The translations under genes and the position numbers were made by a program. DNA of 64,000 nt, from assembly GCA_963719495.1 (NCBI GenBank), contig CAVRCI010000001.1:224001-288000 (forward strand). Direction: 5' to 3'. Shown one piece after another: positions 20,056-28,840 of this stretch. Positions within the stretch are counted from its first letter, which is position 1; the number at the start of each line of letters is the position of its first letter. The notes beneath the pieces were generated by a model, which was given only the letters and a program-made list of their open reading frames with translations, ran no database searches and was not told where the DNA came from. Source of the stretch: an uncultured Verrucomicrobiae bacterium. GTDB lineage: Bacteria > Verrucomicrobiota > Verrucomicrobiia > Chthoniobacterales > JAATET01.

Positions 20056-21206
20056 AAAAAACTAAATCAAGGAGCGACGGCTTCCAGCCGCCGGGGAGCG
20101 CACGCGTCCCCGCGTGCGAGATGCGGCGTCCCGCCGCATCGCAAGGCAAATCGAGCAAAGCGAGAGAGCCGAAGTCCACAAAGAGCGGCGATTTGCAATC
20201 GCCGAACCAACCCAACCGCGACCGAAGGTCGCCACTCCCCCTCCGCATCCTCACCGCCGCCGCAACCCTCATCGCCGCAACCCTCGCCCCCCTCCAAGCC
20301 ACCACCCCCCGCCAAATTCTCATCCTGGTCGGCACCCCCGGCGAAGACTCCTACGCCGAGCGATTCGCCACCTGGACCGCCAACGTCACCATCACCGCAA
20401 CCCGCGCCGGAATCACCCCAACCGTCATCGACGCCGAGACGCCCGACCCCCGCGAGGCCCTCACCGAATTCCTAAAACCGCTCGCCACCCCATCCGACCC
20501 AGCCACCCCACCCCCCAGCGAACTCTGGATCATCCTCATCGGCCACGGCACCGACGACGGCAAAACCGCCAACTTCAACCTCCAAGGCGACGACATCAGC
20601 CAGCACGAATTCGCCAAGCTCCTCGCCCCCATCCAGCGCCCCATCGTTTTCGCCAACCTCACCGCATCCAGCGGCCCCTTCCTCGAAGCGCTCTCCGGCC
20701 CCGACCGCACGATCATCACCGCCACCCGCGGCGGAAAACAGCGCGACTTCGCCCACTTCGGCGAATTCTTCACCAAGTCCCTCGCCGACCCCGTCGCCGA
20801 CCTCGACAAAGACGGCCAGACCTCCCTCCTCGAAGCCTTCCTCGCCGCCTCGACCGCCACCACCGCCTCCTACGAAGCCGACCAACGCCTCCCCGCCGAA
20901 AACGCCCTCATCGACGACAACGGCGACAAAAGAGGCACCCCCGCCGAAGCCTTCCAAGGCCTCACCCCAAAAATCGCCCCAATGTCCACCGAACTCCCCG
21001 ACGGCGAAATCGCCACCCGCATCGTCCTCATCCCATCCCCCGAAGAAGCCGCCATCCCGGAAAATCTCAAAACCCAACGCACCGCCATCGAACTCCAAAT
21101 CGCCCGCCTAAAAACCCAAAAACCAACCCTGGACGAGGACACGTTCTACGCCCGCCTGGAAATTCTCCTAATCGACCTCGCCCACCTCTACCAAAAAATC
21201 GACTAG
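20052..21206 (+). CDS. Secreted hypothetical protein, caspase/C13 (CHF)-fold-like; N-terminal ~60 aa are repeat-derived
   Basis: ATGA coupling; 'WIILIGHG', 'IITAT', 'DLDKDGQTSLLEAF'. Confidence 0.7.
   Translation: MKKTKSRSDGFQPPGSARVPACEMRRPAASQGKSSKAREPKSTKSGDLQSPNQPNRDRRSPLPLRILTAAATLIAATLAPLQATTPRQILILVGTPGEDSYAERFATWTANVTITATRAGITPTVIDAETPDPREALTEFLKPLATPSDPATPPPSELWIILIGHGTDDGKTANFNLQGDDISQHEFAKLLAPIQRPIVFANLTASSGPFLEALSGPDRTIITATRGGKQRDFAHFGEFFTKSLADPVADLDKDGQTSLLEAFLAASTATTASYEADQRLPAENALIDDNGDKRGTPAEAFQGLTPKIAPMSTELPDGEIATRIVLIPSPEEAAIPENLKTQRTAIELQIARLKTQKPTLDEDTFYARLEILLIDLAHLYQKID
20071..20238 (+). repeat. Composite REP cluster (four hairpin units, last one inverted) in frame at the 5' end of the 20052 CDS
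   Basis: Units at 20071-20093, 20093-20171 (family A), 20182-20204 (family B) and 20218-20238 (inverted GGAG-hairpin). Confidence 0.85.
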
Positions 21207-21285
21207 GGGAACGCACGCGTCCCCGCGTGCGAGATGCGGCGTCCCGCCGCATCACCCCGGCAAATCGAGCAAAGCGAGAGAGCCG
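21206..21285 (+). repeat. REP-like family A element, intergenic, overlapping the TAG stop
   Basis: ggggaacgcacgcgtccccgcgtgcgagatgcggcgtcccgccgcatc...gagagagccg. Confidence 0.9.
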
Positions 21286-21291
21286 CCGACC

Positions 21292-21975
21292 TCACCCACC
21301 CCGCCCAGCCAGCACCGCCTCCGCCAGCCCCACATCCCGTGGAATCGTCACCTTGAAATTCCAATCCAAATTCTCCACCAACCGCGCCGCCACCCCGATC
21401 CGCAGCACCGCCGAAGTTTCATCCGTCACCGCCACTCCGTCCCGCGCCACCGCCCCCAGCGCCCGCCGCAGCAACCCCGTCTCGAAAACCTGCGGAGTCT
21501 GAATCCGCCAAAGCTCCTCCCGGTCCACCACCTCGCCACCGCATCCATCCACCTCACGCTGCAGCGTATCCGTCACCCGCTCCGCCGCCGTCGCCGCACC
21601 GCCTTCCCGCGCCGCCGCCAAACACCGCGAGATCAGTTCCTTCGTCACAAGCGGCCGCGCCGCATCGTGCACCGCCACAAAATCCCCGGAAACCACCGCC
21701 ACCCCGCGCGCCACCGACTCCTGACGCGATTCCCCACCCTCCACAAACCGCACACTCATCACCCCAGAATCCATCCCAACCAGCGCCGCCCTCACCGCCG
21801 CCTCCCGCCCAGCCCCGACGACAACCACGACCTCGCCAACCTCCTCACACCTCGCAAACGCCCCCACCGACCACCGCACCAACGGCACTCCCGCCACCGG
21901 CACCATCACCTTATCAAACCCCATCCGGCGGCTCCCGCCGCCAGCCACGATCACCGCCGAGCAGTCACCCCTCAT
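21292..21975 (-). CDS. ispD: 2-C-methyl-D-erythritol 4-phosphate cytidylyltransferase
   Basis: AGGGSRRMG..K, GGESRQESV, VHDAARPL, QTPQVF, TDE, NFKVT. Confidence 0.93.
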   Translation of the reverse strand: MRGDCSAVIVAGGGSRRMGFDKVMVPVAGVPLVRWSVGAFARCEEVGEVVVVVGAGREAAVRAALVGMDSGVMSVRFVEGGESRQESVARGVAVVSGDFVAVHDAARPLVTKELISRCLAAAREGGAATAAERVTDTLQREVDGCGGEVVDREELWRIQTPQVFETGLLRRALGAVARDGVAVTDETSAVLRIGVAARLVENLDWNFKVTIPRDVGLAEAVLAGRGG

Positions 21976-22010
21976 TCAGCATTCAGCATTCAGCATTTCA
22001 AATTTCCCAT

Positions 22011-22463
22011 TTAAGAAAGCTGCCGCTGCACTTCCGCACTCAACGCCTTCCCATCCACCCGCCCCTCCGCCTTCGCGTTCGCCACCTTCATCACCGCGCC
22101 CATCTCTTTCCGCGAAGTCGCCCCGACCTCCGCAATCGCCGCCGCCACCATCGACGTGAGGTCCTCGGCGCTCATCGCCGCCGGCAGATACTCGTTGAGA
22201 ATCACGATCTCCGCGCACTCCTTGTCCGCCAGCTCCGGCCGTCCCCCCTTTTCGAAACCCTCGATCGAATCCTGCCGTTTCTTCACTTCCTTGCGCACCA
22301 CCGCCATCGACTCCGCGTCCTCGAGTTCCGTCCCCGCGCCCCCTTTTTCAATCGCCGCGTTCATCAACGCGCTCTTCAGCATCCGCAACACCCCCAGCCG
22401 GTCCGCCGCCTTCGCCCGCATCGCATCCTTGATCTCCGAGTCAATCCGTTCCTTCAAATTCAT
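22011..22463 (-). CDS. GatB/YqeY domain protein
   Basis: 'KDAMRAK...LRMLKSA', 'KKRQDSIE.F..GGR.ELA', 'MGAVMK', 'GRVDGK'. Confidence 0.92.
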   Translation of the reverse strand: MNLKERIDSEIKDAMRAKAADRLGVLRMLKSALMNAAIEKGGAGTELEDAESMAVVRKEVKKRQDSIEGFEKGGRPELADKECAEIVILNEYLPAAMSAEDLTSMVAAAIAEVGATSRKEMGAVMKVANAKAEGRVDGKALSAEVQRQLS

Positions 22464-22475
22464 CTGCGGAAAATA

Positions 22476-22552
22476 GACAGGATTAACAGGATTGACAGGA
22501 TTTCTCCCGAGACCCGCTATTCCCTAATCCTGTAAATCCTGTAAATCCTGTC
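22476..22552. repeat. Inverted pair of 9-mer tandem arrays, (ACAGGATTN)x3 ... (AATCCTGTN)x3
   Basis: Directly visible in the 98-bp divergent yqeY/gltX intergenic region. Confidence 0.9.
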
Positions 22553-22561
22553 CTCCACATC

Positions 22562-23914
22562 ATGTCCGTTCGCACCCGCTTCGCCCCATCGCCCACCGGT
22601 TTCCTCCACGTCGGAGGCGCCCGCACCGCCCTCTTCAACTGGCTCTACGCCCGCAAACACAACGGCACCTTCGTCCTCCGAGTCGAGGACACCGACGCCG
22701 CCCGCAACACCGACGAAGCCTACCAGGTCATCTACGACGGCCTCCGCTGGCTCGGTCTCGAGTGGGACGAAGGCCCGGAAATCGGCGGCGACTACGGCCC
22801 GTATTTCCAGAGTCAGCGCAACGAAATCTACGAAAAACACTTCGCCGTCCTCCGCGACGCCGGCCACCTCTACGAAGACGGCGGCTCCTTCCGCTTCCGT
22901 TCTCCGCGCGAGACCGTCACCGTCAACGACCTCGTCTGCGGCAAGATCGACTTCGACCTGTCGAACCCCGGCACCCACCCCGACCTCACCATTCGCCGCC
23001 CCGATGGCTCCTGGATTTTCCACTTCGTCAACGTCGTCGACGACATCGAGATGAAGATGACCCACGTCATCCGCGGCGAAGACCACCTCTCCAACACCCC
23101 CAAACACGTCGAGCTCTACCAGGCCCTCGGCGCCACCCCACCCGCCTTCGCCCACATCCCCCTCATCCTCAACCAAGCCGGAAAAAAGCTCAGCAAGCGC
23201 GACGGCGGCTCCTCCATCACCAAATACATCGACGAAGGCTACGTCCCCGAGGCCGTGGCAAACTATCTCTCGCTCCTCGGCTGGTCGCCCAAGGAAAACC
23301 GCGAATTTCTCCACCTCGCCGAGATTCTCGAGCTCTTCACCCTCGACAACGTCAACCGCCGCAACGCCATCTTCGACCTCGACAAGTGCTTCTGGCTCAA
23401 TGGCCAGCACCTCATCGAAATGACCCTCGACCGCTTCGCCGAGCTGGCCCTCCCCTACGTCGACAAAGCCGGCGTCCCCCACGGCACGACGGAAGCCCTT
23501 CTCCCCGCCCTCGCCATCGTCAAACCCAAGGTCAAGCACCTCTCCGACGTCCCCGACTGGATCGGCTACCTCTTCACCGAAGACTACGAATACGAAGAAG
23601 CCGCCGCGGCCAAAGCCCTCGGAAAACCCGACGCCCTCACCCACCTCGCCACCCTCCGCGCCGCCTACTCCACCGTCGACCCCGCCAATTGGAACCACGA
23701 AAACCTCGAAGCCGTCCTCAAAAGCACCGCCGAGTCCGCCAGCGCCAAAACCGGAGCCTTCATTCACCCAGCCCGCTTAGCCGTCAGTGGCCGAGACGTC
23801 GGCCCCGGCCTCTACGAAATGCTCGAAGTCCTCGGAAAAGACCGCACCATCACCCGAATCAACCGAACCATCGAGCGTTTCTCCCAACTTGGCGAACCGC
23901 CAGCCGCGGAGTAG
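22562..23914 (+). CDS. gltX: Glutamate--tRNA ligase
   Basis: RFAPSPTG.LHVGG (HIGH), RVEDTD, VIRGEDH, KLSKR (KMSKS). Confidence 0.95.
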   Translation: MSVRTRFAPSPTGFLHVGGARTALFNWLYARKHNGTFVLRVEDTDAARNTDEAYQVIYDGLRWLGLEWDEGPEIGGDYGPYFQSQRNEIYEKHFAVLRDAGHLYEDGGSFRFRSPRETVTVNDLVCGKIDFDLSNPGTHPDLTIRRPDGSWIFHFVNVVDDIEMKMTHVIRGEDHLSNTPKHVELYQALGATPPAFAHIPLILNQAGKKLSKRDGGSSITKYIDEGYVPEAVANYLSLLGWSPKENREFLHLAEILELFTLDNVNRRNAIFDLDKCFWLNGQHLIEMTLDRFAELALPYVDKAGVPHGTTEALLPALAIVKPKVKHLSDVPDWIGYLFTEDYEYEEAAAAKALGKPDALTHLATLRAAYSTVDPANWNHENLEAVLKSTAESASAKTGAFIHPARLAVSGRDVGPGLYEMLEVLGKDRTITRINRTIERFSQLGEPPAAE

Positions 23915-23922
23915 ATTTCAAC

Positions 23923-24459
23923 ATGCCGCTGACCATCGAACTTCCCGAGCGCGAATCTCTCACGGAGTTCAACCTCCGTCGCTGGGAGGAAATTCTTGCC
24001 GACCCGCCCTTCCCCGACCACCCGGGCCGGGTCGAAACCGATCGGCATGGCCACCTCATCATGACCCCTTTCGCGTCTAGTTTTCACGGCGGTTTCCAAG
24101 CCGATCTCATCACCCTCCTCGCGGCCCACCTCTCGACCGGACGCACCAGCGTCGAATGCCCCGTCTCGACTTCGGATGGGGTGAAAATCGCCGACGTCGT
24201 TTGGTGCTCGTCCGACCGCTACGAACACCTTCGCCATGAAGTCTGCTACTCCATCGCTCCGGAAATTTGCGTCGAAGTGGTGTCCCCCTCCAACACCAAG
24301 CGCGAACTAACCGAGAAAACCGCCCTCTACCTCGAAGCCGGAGCCATCGAAGTTTGGCTCTGCGAAGCCGACGGTCGGATGATTTTTCAGAAAGCTACGG
24401 GTGTCATTTCCCGCTCCGAAATCTGCCCCGCTTTCCCGGCTCACATTCCGCAGCCATAA
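23923..24459 (+). CDS. Uma2 family PD-(D/E)XK endonuclease-like protein
   Basis: 'KIADVVW', 'APEICVEVVSPSN', 'K..LYLEAGAIEVW'. Confidence 0.9.
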   Translation: MPLTIELPERESLTEFNLRRWEEILADPPFPDHPGRVETDRHGHLIMTPFASSFHGGFQADLITLLAAHLSTGRTSVECPVSTSDGVKIADVVWCSSDRYEHLRHEVCYSIAPEICVEVVSPSNTKRELTEKTALYLEAGAIEVWLCEADGRMIFQKATGVISRSEICPAFPAHIPQP

Positions 24460-24463
24460 CTTG

Positions 24464-25384
24464 ATGGCCACCACCACCCACACCCTCGACGACCTCACCT
24501 CCGGCAAACTTGCCGCACTCACCCCACCCGCCCGCCTCGCCGTCATCGGTGACCCCATCGCCCACACCCGCTCCCCCGCCTTTCAAAACGCCGCGCTCAA
24601 AGCCGCGGGCATCGAAGCCCAATACGTCGCCATCCACGTCACCCCCGCCGAACTCGAAACCGCCCTCCGCGCCCTCCCCGACCAAGGCTTCGTCGGCGCC
24701 AACGTCACCGTCCCCCACAAAACCGCCACCCGCGCCCTCGTGGACGACCTCGACCCCGCCGTCGCTCTCGCCGGCGGAGTCAACACCGTCGTCGTCCGCG
24801 ACGACCACACCCTCCAGGGCTTCAGCACCGACGGCCCCGGCTTCGCCCGCGCCATCCGCGAGCAATTCTCCGTCGACCTCCGCGACCTCCGCATCCTCGT
24901 CCTGGGAGCCGGCGGCGGAGCCGGCCGCGCCATCGCCGCCCAGTGCGCCCTCGCCCACTGCGAACGCCTCGTCCTCGTCAACCGCACGGTTCAGAAAGCC
25001 CGGGAGCTCGCCGCCGAGCTCGCCCCCCACTTCCGCTCCGACCGCCTCGAAGGCCCCGTCGACCGCCTCGAAGCCATCCCCCACGACCCCGACGCCCTCG
25101 CCCGCCACCTCGATTACGTCGACCTCGTCGTCAACGCGACCACTCTCGGCATGAAGCGCTCCGACCCGCCCGCGCTCCCATCCTCCCTCCTTACCCCCAA
25201 TCTCATGGTCTACGACACCGTCTACGCGAACGGCCAAAGCCGCCTCGTCGAAGACGCCCGCGCCGCCGGAGCCCGCGCCGCCGACGGCCTTTCCATGCTC
25301 CTGCACCAAGGAGCCCTCAGTTTCGAAATCTGGTTCAACCGCGACGCCCCCCTCGCCGCCATGCGCACCGCGCTCGAAACCTGA
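24464..25384 (+). CDS. aroE: Shikimate dehydrogenase
   Basis: GDPIAHTRSP, GANVTVPHK, VNT, TDG.GF, GAGGG, NRT, MLLHQG. Confidence 0.93.
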   Translation: MATTTHTLDDLTSGKLAALTPPARLAVIGDPIAHTRSPAFQNAALKAAGIEAQYVAIHVTPAELETALRALPDQGFVGANVTVPHKTATRALVDDLDPAVALAGGVNTVVVRDDHTLQGFSTDGPGFARAIREQFSVDLRDLRILVLGAGGGAGRAIAAQCALAHCERLVLVNRTVQKARELAAELAPHFRSDRLEGPVDRLEAIPHDPDALARHLDYVDLVVNATTLGMKRSDPPALPSSLLTPNLMVYDTVYANGQSRLVEDARAAGARAADGLSMLLHQGALSFEIWFNRDAPLAAMRTALET

Positions 25385-25437
25385 CTCCGGACATTTATCC
25401 TATTGACTACGGCCATCTGACCCGCGACGTTCCTTCC

Positions 25438-25842
25438 ATGATCGTCGCCGAACAACCCGCCCGTTACTTCACCCGCGATCGCGAGATCCTCGACCGCATC
25501 GCGGCGATCCGCGAGGGCATGCCCGTCGCCGATCTCGCCAACCTCGCCACCCGCACCGGCCTCCCAATCAGCGCCCTCGCCGAGAGCCTCCGCCTCAACA
25601 CCCGCACCCTCCGCCGCCGCACCGACCGCCTCAACGCCGAAGAGACCGAGAAATTCCTCCGCGTCACCCGCGTTCTCGACCGCGCCGAAGAGCTCATGGA
25701 TCCCGAAGCCGCCCGTCAGTGGCTCACCGAGCCAGCGATCGCCCTCGGTCGCCGCACCCCGATCAGCCTCCTCGACACCGACCTCGGCACCGCCCAGGTC
25801 TTCACCGTCCTCGGCGCCATCGATTGGTGCATGGGCGTATGA
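25438..25842 (+). CDS. Type II antitoxin, Xre/MbcA/ParS family
   Basis: HTH-like N-half, 'ARQWLTEPAIALGRRTPISLLDT..G...V'; overlaps RES gene. Confidence 0.9.
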   Translation: MIVAEQPARYFTRDREILDRIAAIREGMPVADLANLATRTGLPISALAESLRLNTRTLRRRTDRLNAEETEKFLRVTRVLDRAEELMDPEAARQWLTEPAIALGRRTPISLLDTDLGTAQVFTVLGAIDWCMGV

Positions 25843-26303
25843 CGATCTATCGAATCGACCGCGCAACCCGTTCCGACCCGACCGAGTCCTTCTCCGGCCA
25901 AGGCGGCCTCTTCGTGGCCCACCGCTGGAACGAACTCGGAACGCGTATCGTCTACGCGGCCTCGTCCCTCCCGCTCGCCTGCCTGGAAATCCTCGTCAAT
26001 CTCCCCACGCCCCGAACCCTCCCGCCCCTCGTCTACTTCCGCGCCGAGGTCCCCGACCGACTCGTCGAAGACACCCCAAAACTCCCCGCCGACTGGTCGA
26101 GCTTCCCACCCACTCCGGCCACCCAGCGCCTTGGCAGTCAATGGATCACCGGTGCCCGCACCCCCGCCCTCCGCGTCCCCTCAGCGCTCCTCCCCACCAA
26201 CGAACCCGGCAATATCCTCCTGAACCCAAGCCACCCCACGTTCGACCTCTCGTGGGTCGGCGGTCCCTGGCCCCTCCCATTCGACACCCGCCTCCAAAAA
26301 TGA
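25839..26303 (+). CDS. RES-domain toxin (NAD+-consuming, ParT/MbcT-like)
   Basis: 'SGQGG...RWN', 'YAASS..LA.LE', 'LRVPS', 'NILLNPSHP'; ATGA overlap. Confidence 0.92.
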   Translation: MTIYRIDRATRSDPTESFSGQGGLFVAHRWNELGTRIVYAASSLPLACLEILVNLPTPRTLPPLVYFRAEVPDRLVEDTPKLPADWSSFPPTPATQRLGSQWITGARTPALRVPSALLPTNEPGNILLNPSHPTFDLSWVGGPWPLPFDTRLQK

Positions 26304-26442
26304 CCGCCCGAGGAGCCGCGACTTGCAACTCGCTTCGCCCGTCTCCGCTTCGTAGCGGCTGCCAAACCGACCCAGGCTCCAAAGCCGCCGCTTCACTCCC
26401 TTTCTAATTCCTCCCCGCCAAGATCTGGACTACCTCTTCCCC

Positions 26443-26637
26443 ATGATCCGTTACGCCGCCGCCCTCCTCGCCACCAGCACGCTCTTCACTGCCTGTTCCA
26501 CCACCCCGACTGTCGACGACGACGACGACGCGGCCGCGGTCATCCGCGCCCAAGGCGAACCCCAGCCGCCCATCGACGCCCCGTTCGCCGACACCAGCTA
26601 CGAGGAAGCCGAAACCAGCCCCTTCGCAATGGACTGA
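26443..26637 (+). CDS. Small acidic lipoprotein
   Basis: Lipobox LFTA-C after hydrophobic stretch. Confidence 0.6.
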   Translation: MIRYAAALLATSTLFTACSTTPTVDDDDDAAAVIRAQGEPQPPIDAPFADTSYEEAETSPFAMD

Positions 26638-26713
26638 CTCCATTCGGCTTCGCCTGTCTCCAATCCGTTCCATTTCTAATTCCGCATTTCAAATTTCTCA
26701 TTCCAAAAAGAAG

Positions 26714-27892
26714 ATGCCCACGCTCAACAAACAATTCCCGCGCCTCCTCCCGACCCCGGTCACCAGAAACCAGACCGCCGCCGACCTCATCGACGGCACG
26801 TTCAAAGCCTACAACGGCGCCCGCCTCGCCGAAGCCTGCCGACTCTTCTCCGACAAAATGCTCGAAGGCGACGGCACCGTCGGCATGTCGCTCACCGGTG
26901 CCCTCACCCCCGCTGGCCTCGGCAAATCCTGCCTCGTCCCGCTGCTCAAAGCCGGCTTCGTCGACTGGATCATCTCGACCGGCGCGAATCTCTACCACGA
27001 CCTCCACTACGGCCTCGGCATGGAACTCTTCGCCGGATCGCCCAACCTCGACGACATCGACCTCCGCCACGCCGGCGTCATCCGGATTTACGACGTCCTT
27101 TTCGATTACGACGTCCTCCTCGACACCGACGCCTTCGTCCGCCAGGTCATTCAAGGCCCCGAATTCCAACGCCCCCTGGGCACCGACGAATTCCACTTCC
27201 TCCTCGGCAAATACGTCCACGAGCGCGAGAAGACCCTCGGCATCTCCGAGCACAGCCTCCTCGCCGCCGCCTACAAATACCGCGTCCCCATCTTCACCAG
27301 CAGCCCCGGCGATTCCTCCATCGGAATGAACGTCGCCGCCATGTCGCTGCGCGATTCCAAGCTCAGCTTCGACGTCAACCGCGACGTCAACCAGACCGCC
27401 GCCATCGTCTACGACGCCAAATCCACCGGCGGCAAATCCAGCGTCTTCATCCTCGGCGGCGGCAGCCCAAAAAATTTCATGCTCCAGACCGAGCCCCAGA
27501 TCCAAGAGGTCATGGGCATCGAGGAGCGCGGCCACGACTACTTCCTCCAGTGCACCGACGCCCGCCCCGACACCGGCGGCCTCAGCGGAGCCACCCCCGG
27601 CGAAGCCGTCAGTTGGGGCAAGATCGACCCCGACTCCCTCCCCGACTGCGTCGTCTGCTACCTCGACAGCACCGTAGCCCTCCCCCTCATCACCTCCTAC
27701 GCCCTCAGCCGAACCAAGCCCCGCAAGCCCAAAAAACTCTACGACCGCCGCGACGCGATGCTCGAAGAGGTCCGCAAACAATACCTCAAAGTCGGCCAAG
27801 TCGACAAAGTCGCCCACCGCACGGACCTCAACAAAAAGAAAAAGCCCGCCCGCAACCTCGCCAAGCGAGCCAGCAGCGTCGGCGTCAAGTAA
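26714..27892 (+). CDS. Deoxyhypusine synthase-like protein (probable homospermidine synthase, SpeY type)
   Basis: [34 protein letters not shown] with catalytic Lys. Confidence 0.88.
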   Translation: MPTLNKQFPRLLPTPVTRNQTAADLIDGTFKAYNGARLAEACRLFSDKMLEGDGTVGMSLTGALTPAGLGKSCLVPLLKAGFVDWIISTGANLYHDLHYGLGMELFAGSPNLDDIDLRHAGVIRIYDVLFDYDVLLDTDAFVRQVIQGPEFQRPLGTDEFHFLLGKYVHEREKTLGISEHSLLAAAYKYRVPIFTSSPGDSSIGMNVAAMSLRDSKLSFDVNRDVNQTAAIVYDAKSTGGKSSVFILGGGSPKNFMLQTEPQIQEVMGIEERGHDYFLQCTDARPDTGGLSGATPGEAVSWGKIDPDSLPDCVVCYLDSTVALPLITSYALSRTKPRKPKKLYDRRDAMLEEVRKQYLKVGQVDKVAHRTDLNKKKKPARNLAKRASSVGVK

Positions 27893-27967
27893 CCCAGGGG
27901 ACCGCGAGCATCCTGCTCGCCGTGCCGGGCTGCCAGCCCGGCACCCCAACCCCAAAATGCGAAGCAT

Positions 27968-28840
27968 TCACTTCCCCCCAGCAGGATCGCAGACCTCCCG
28001 CAACGAATCCCCCACCACGTTCAGTGCCAGCAAAGTCGCCGTGAAAAAGAACGCCGGAAACAGCAGCAGCCAAGGGTAGATCTCCATCATCTCCGCCCCC
28101 TCCTTGATCAACGTCCCCCAGGAACTCAGCGGCGGCTGCGCCCCCAGTCCCAAAAAGCTCAAAAACGACTCGAGTAAAATAATCGAAGGCACGTTCAGCG
28201 TCGTGTAAGCGATCACCGGCCCAGCGATGTTCGGCAGGATTCCGCGCAGAAAAATCCGCGCCCGCCCCGCCCCCAGCGCCCGCGAAGCCAGCACGTAATC
28301 CAGCTTCCGCACCGCCATCACCTGCGACCGCACGATCCGCGCCGTCGTCATCCATTCCAGCGCGCCAATCGCCACGAACAGCAGGAAAAAACTCCGCCCG
28401 AACACCACCATCAGCAGGATCACGACCACCGCGAACGGCAGCGCGTAAAGCAGATCCACCACCCGCATCATCGCCGCGTCCACCCGACCGCCCGCGTATC
28501 CCGCCACCCCGCCGTAGATCACCCCGATCACCAACGACACCAGCGCCGCGCACACCCCGACCCCCAGCGAGATCCGTCCGCCCTCCAGCATCCGCGCCAG
28601 CTGATCCCGCCCCAGCACGTCCGTTCCCAACCAGTGATCCCACCGCGGCCCGACCGCCCCCAGTTCCAGGGTCTGCAACTTCGCCGCCTCCGGCAACCAC
28701 CACGGCCCGACGAGACAAGCCACGATCAACACCACCAGAAAACTCACCGACAGCGCAACCGTCGGCTGACGCAATGACCTCGCCCAGCCCGTCCAATTCT
28801 CACGATCCCGCGCCGCTTCCACCGCCACCCCCTCACCCAT
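27968..28840 (-). CDS. oppC: Oligopeptide ABC permease OppC-like
   Basis: HWLGTDVLGRD, ARIVRSQV, EAA-like loop, ESFLSFLGLG. Confidence 0.9.
   Translation of the reverse strand: MGEGVAVEAARDRENWTGWARSLRQPTVALSVSFLVVLIVACLVGPWWLPEAAKLQTLELGAVGPRWDHWLGTDVLGRDQLARMLEGGRISLGVGVCAALVSLVIGVIYGGVAGYAGGRVDAAMMRVVDLLYALPFAVVVILLMVVFGRSFFLLFVAIGALEWMTTARIVRSQVMAVRKLDYVLASRALGAGRARIFLRGILPNIAGPVIAYTTLNVPSIILLESFLSFLGLGAQPPLSSWGTLIKEGAEMMEIYPWLLLFPAFFFTATLLALNVVGDSLREVCDPAGGK

Noticed and set aside
22476..22552. Possible CRISPR array (also the dispersed REP copies)
   Set aside because: Units are 9 nt and adjacent, with no unique spacers; REPs are not regularly spaced; no cas genes
23923..26303. Prophage or integrative island around Uma2 and the TA pair
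   Set aside because: No integrase, att repeats, tRNA target or phage genes; aroE lies in between
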